From Vicugna vicugna (lineage: Eukaryota): DNA of 64,000 bases. Positions 62,000 to 64,000 of this stretch are shown one piece after another. The notes beneath the pieces are model-generated. The model saw nothing but the letters and a program-made list of their open reading frames with translations, was not told the DNA's origin and searched no databases. Where the stretch lies: NCBI GenBank assembly GCA_013265495.1, contig MU062090.1:3039679-3103678 (forward strand), written 5' to 3'. The position numbers and the translations under genes are program-made. Each line of letters starts with the position of its first letter. The stretch's first letter is position 1.

Positions 62000-62481
62000 A
62001 TATTTAAGATTATTTAAAAATCAAAATGGAGTAACTGTGGTTCAGGCATCCAAAATGGAGCTGGGTGGTCATTGTGGATATGGTTTCAGACACATTCCTT
62101 TGTCACTGAGAACTTACATTTTCTCTGAACTGTATGGAAACTCAAGGACACTACCAACTGTTTTCAAAACAGTATCTGCTACCCTTGCTAGCCACAACCT
62201 TGTAGTTTCAAATTTTCCTTGATCTTTGCAACTGTGTAATCAGTTTGGATCCCCAACCAACCCTTGTTTACCAAGCATCCTCACTTCTTGCCAGCTCCAA
62301 TCCTAATTCTTGACAATTTATATAACTTGATGGTTTTTTGCATTTACAAGCCTCACCTATTTTGTAGAACGTGGAACACAATTCAAGTGCTTCTTAAATC
62401 TGTGTCTCCCTGTCCTAACAAACCCCAAATAAATACCTCTTTATTTCAATCAGGCCTCCATTTCTAAAGTTTGGGTTAACA
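62000..62481 (+). mobile_element. ERV solo LTR
   Basis: CAAAATGGAG repeats, AATAAA, and a GGGTTAACA end; the 5' edge is approximate. Confidence 0.6.
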
Positions 62482-63539
62482 TTTTTAATATCAAAAAAGG
62501 TAGTAAGTAGCCAGAAGGGAGAGAAGAAACCCAGTGAGAGCCCAGCTCCCACAAGTAAATCCGTTTGAGATCTCTTTGCTTTGTTTCCTGCCTAGGATGC
62601 TAAAGTGTCATGTTTTGGATTGCATTCCATGTGAACAATGGTCATCTAAGTCCTAAGTCTGGAAGAGGGTGCACTTTTATCCTCCCTTCTCCCCTCCAGG
62701 CTCAACAATTTGAAGAGTCTTTGTGCACCTGAGAGTTCTAAATGTCCTGAGAAGTGTTGTAGTTAGGAGTCTGTTTAGCTTTGTTTAATTCAGCATTTCT
62801 CAGACTTACTTGATGATAAAACCCATTCTTTTTAGAACACCTTTGGTCATCACGTAGATTAGTATCCCACAGAACACAGTTTGAGAAATAGTATGCTAAA
62901 ATACATGAAAATTTCCTAAAATAAGTGATTATTATGTACATCATCCACAAGACAGAAAGTATGCTGACGTTAAACAATTTCAGAGAGTATCCAGTGACAT
63001 AGGAAGAGTATCCACAATGTTAACTGAAAAAAAAGAGATGCCAGACTGTACTGATACGTTCTAATTTTGCTTAAAGATGCTTATATGTAGATATAAAAGA
63101 AAAACAACAGAGACTGAATACTCCTAGAAGTCAACTGTGGTGGTTCTTTGCTAGTGGGATTGTTGGTGAATGTTTATTTTCTTTTTGATATTGAAATTTT
63201 CAAGTTGTCTGGAATAAATGTGGGTTGTTTATTTTTAAAAAGCTTATTTTTAAAAACTGTAAGAAAAGTTTCTTTGCTTTCACTTTTAATATAATGTTCC
63301 TAATATAATCTTGTTTTGCACTTTGTTTAGCAAACTCTTTAGTTCATACAGTGCAGAAATCCACTCAGCAGAGAACATCTCTGAGATTCAGAGACTTAGA
63401 CAAGCCGGATCCTGAAGACCTCAGGCTGGTCGAGTACTGAGATCTCTGAGCACAGACACTTAAAGAGACATACATACAAAAAAAGGCAGGACAGAAAACA
63501 AAGACAGTGTTAATGTGCTTCTAAGAGAAGTGTCAGTGT

Positions 63540-63900
63540 ACCTCTCACCCCAGAAAGCATGGGCCTCAAAAAAGATTTTTTTAAAGTAATATCGAAAACA
63601 GTAAGACCATTAAGGAAAGCTGCTGATATAACAGAGGAAGAAGATCTCAACTCCTGTTTTGTTTCTGTCTTTCTTATTAAGGACTGGACAGGGGAAAAAT
63701 CACCTTTAGAAAGAGGAAATGGAAGCCCAGGTGAGGTGAAGTGCTTCTATGAGCCAGGCCTCAGCGTGGTGTTGGGAAGAACAGACAGAGCTATATTCAA
63801 AGATGCCATCAACTTGCATGGGGTAGAGGGTCTCCAAGAAGCCTGTTGGACTTGGTGATTTTTCAGACGCTTTTTGAGTTTAGAGTCTCTGATAAAGTAG
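63540..63900 (+). mobile_element. Ancient CR1/L3 LINE ORF2 fragment
   Basis: VRPL...DITEEEDLNSCFVSVF resembles the CR1 ORF2 linker motif (AEVLNAFFASVF). Confidence 0.6.
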
Positions 63901-64000
63901 TCTTTATTTGAATTCATTATAAGCAACCTTGAGTCACCCTAACCCACTGTGGCAGTGTGGAAAGAGGCTTTGGAAGTCAGTTTGATTTTGTACTCTGTGC

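Overview
Mammalian genomic DNA, not microbial. It is most likely camelid, because it carries five copies of a Vic-1-like tRNA-derived SINE. It comes from a draft assembly with three short N gaps. The window matches the human chr3q26 cluster SAMD7 - LRRC31 - LRRIQ4 - LRRC34, read in reverse; by synteny MYNN/ACTRT3/TERC should lie beyond the right edge. LRRIQ4 is intact on the minus strand, with 5 coding exons, canonical GT-AG splice sites and 561 aa. LRRC31 (plus strand) is a broken unitary pseudogene. Exon 4 has a 2-nt frameshift and a stop, exons 5 and 6 have lost their AG acceptors, and exon 6 is truncated. Exons 2-3 and 7-9 could not be found, so the remnant ends about 1.2 kb from the LRRIQ4 stop codon. 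A CpG island at about 60.4-61.1 kb is the probable LRRIQ4/LRRC34 head-to-head promoter and contains LRRC34 exon 1, which appears frameshifted relative to the human N-terminus. The rest is mostly interspersed repeats, including a deleted ERV1 provirus whose two LTRs are oddly discordant and a nested LTR stack. Human protein comparisons and repeat family names come from memory, not from database searches. Nearly all short ORFs in the supplied track are spurious.
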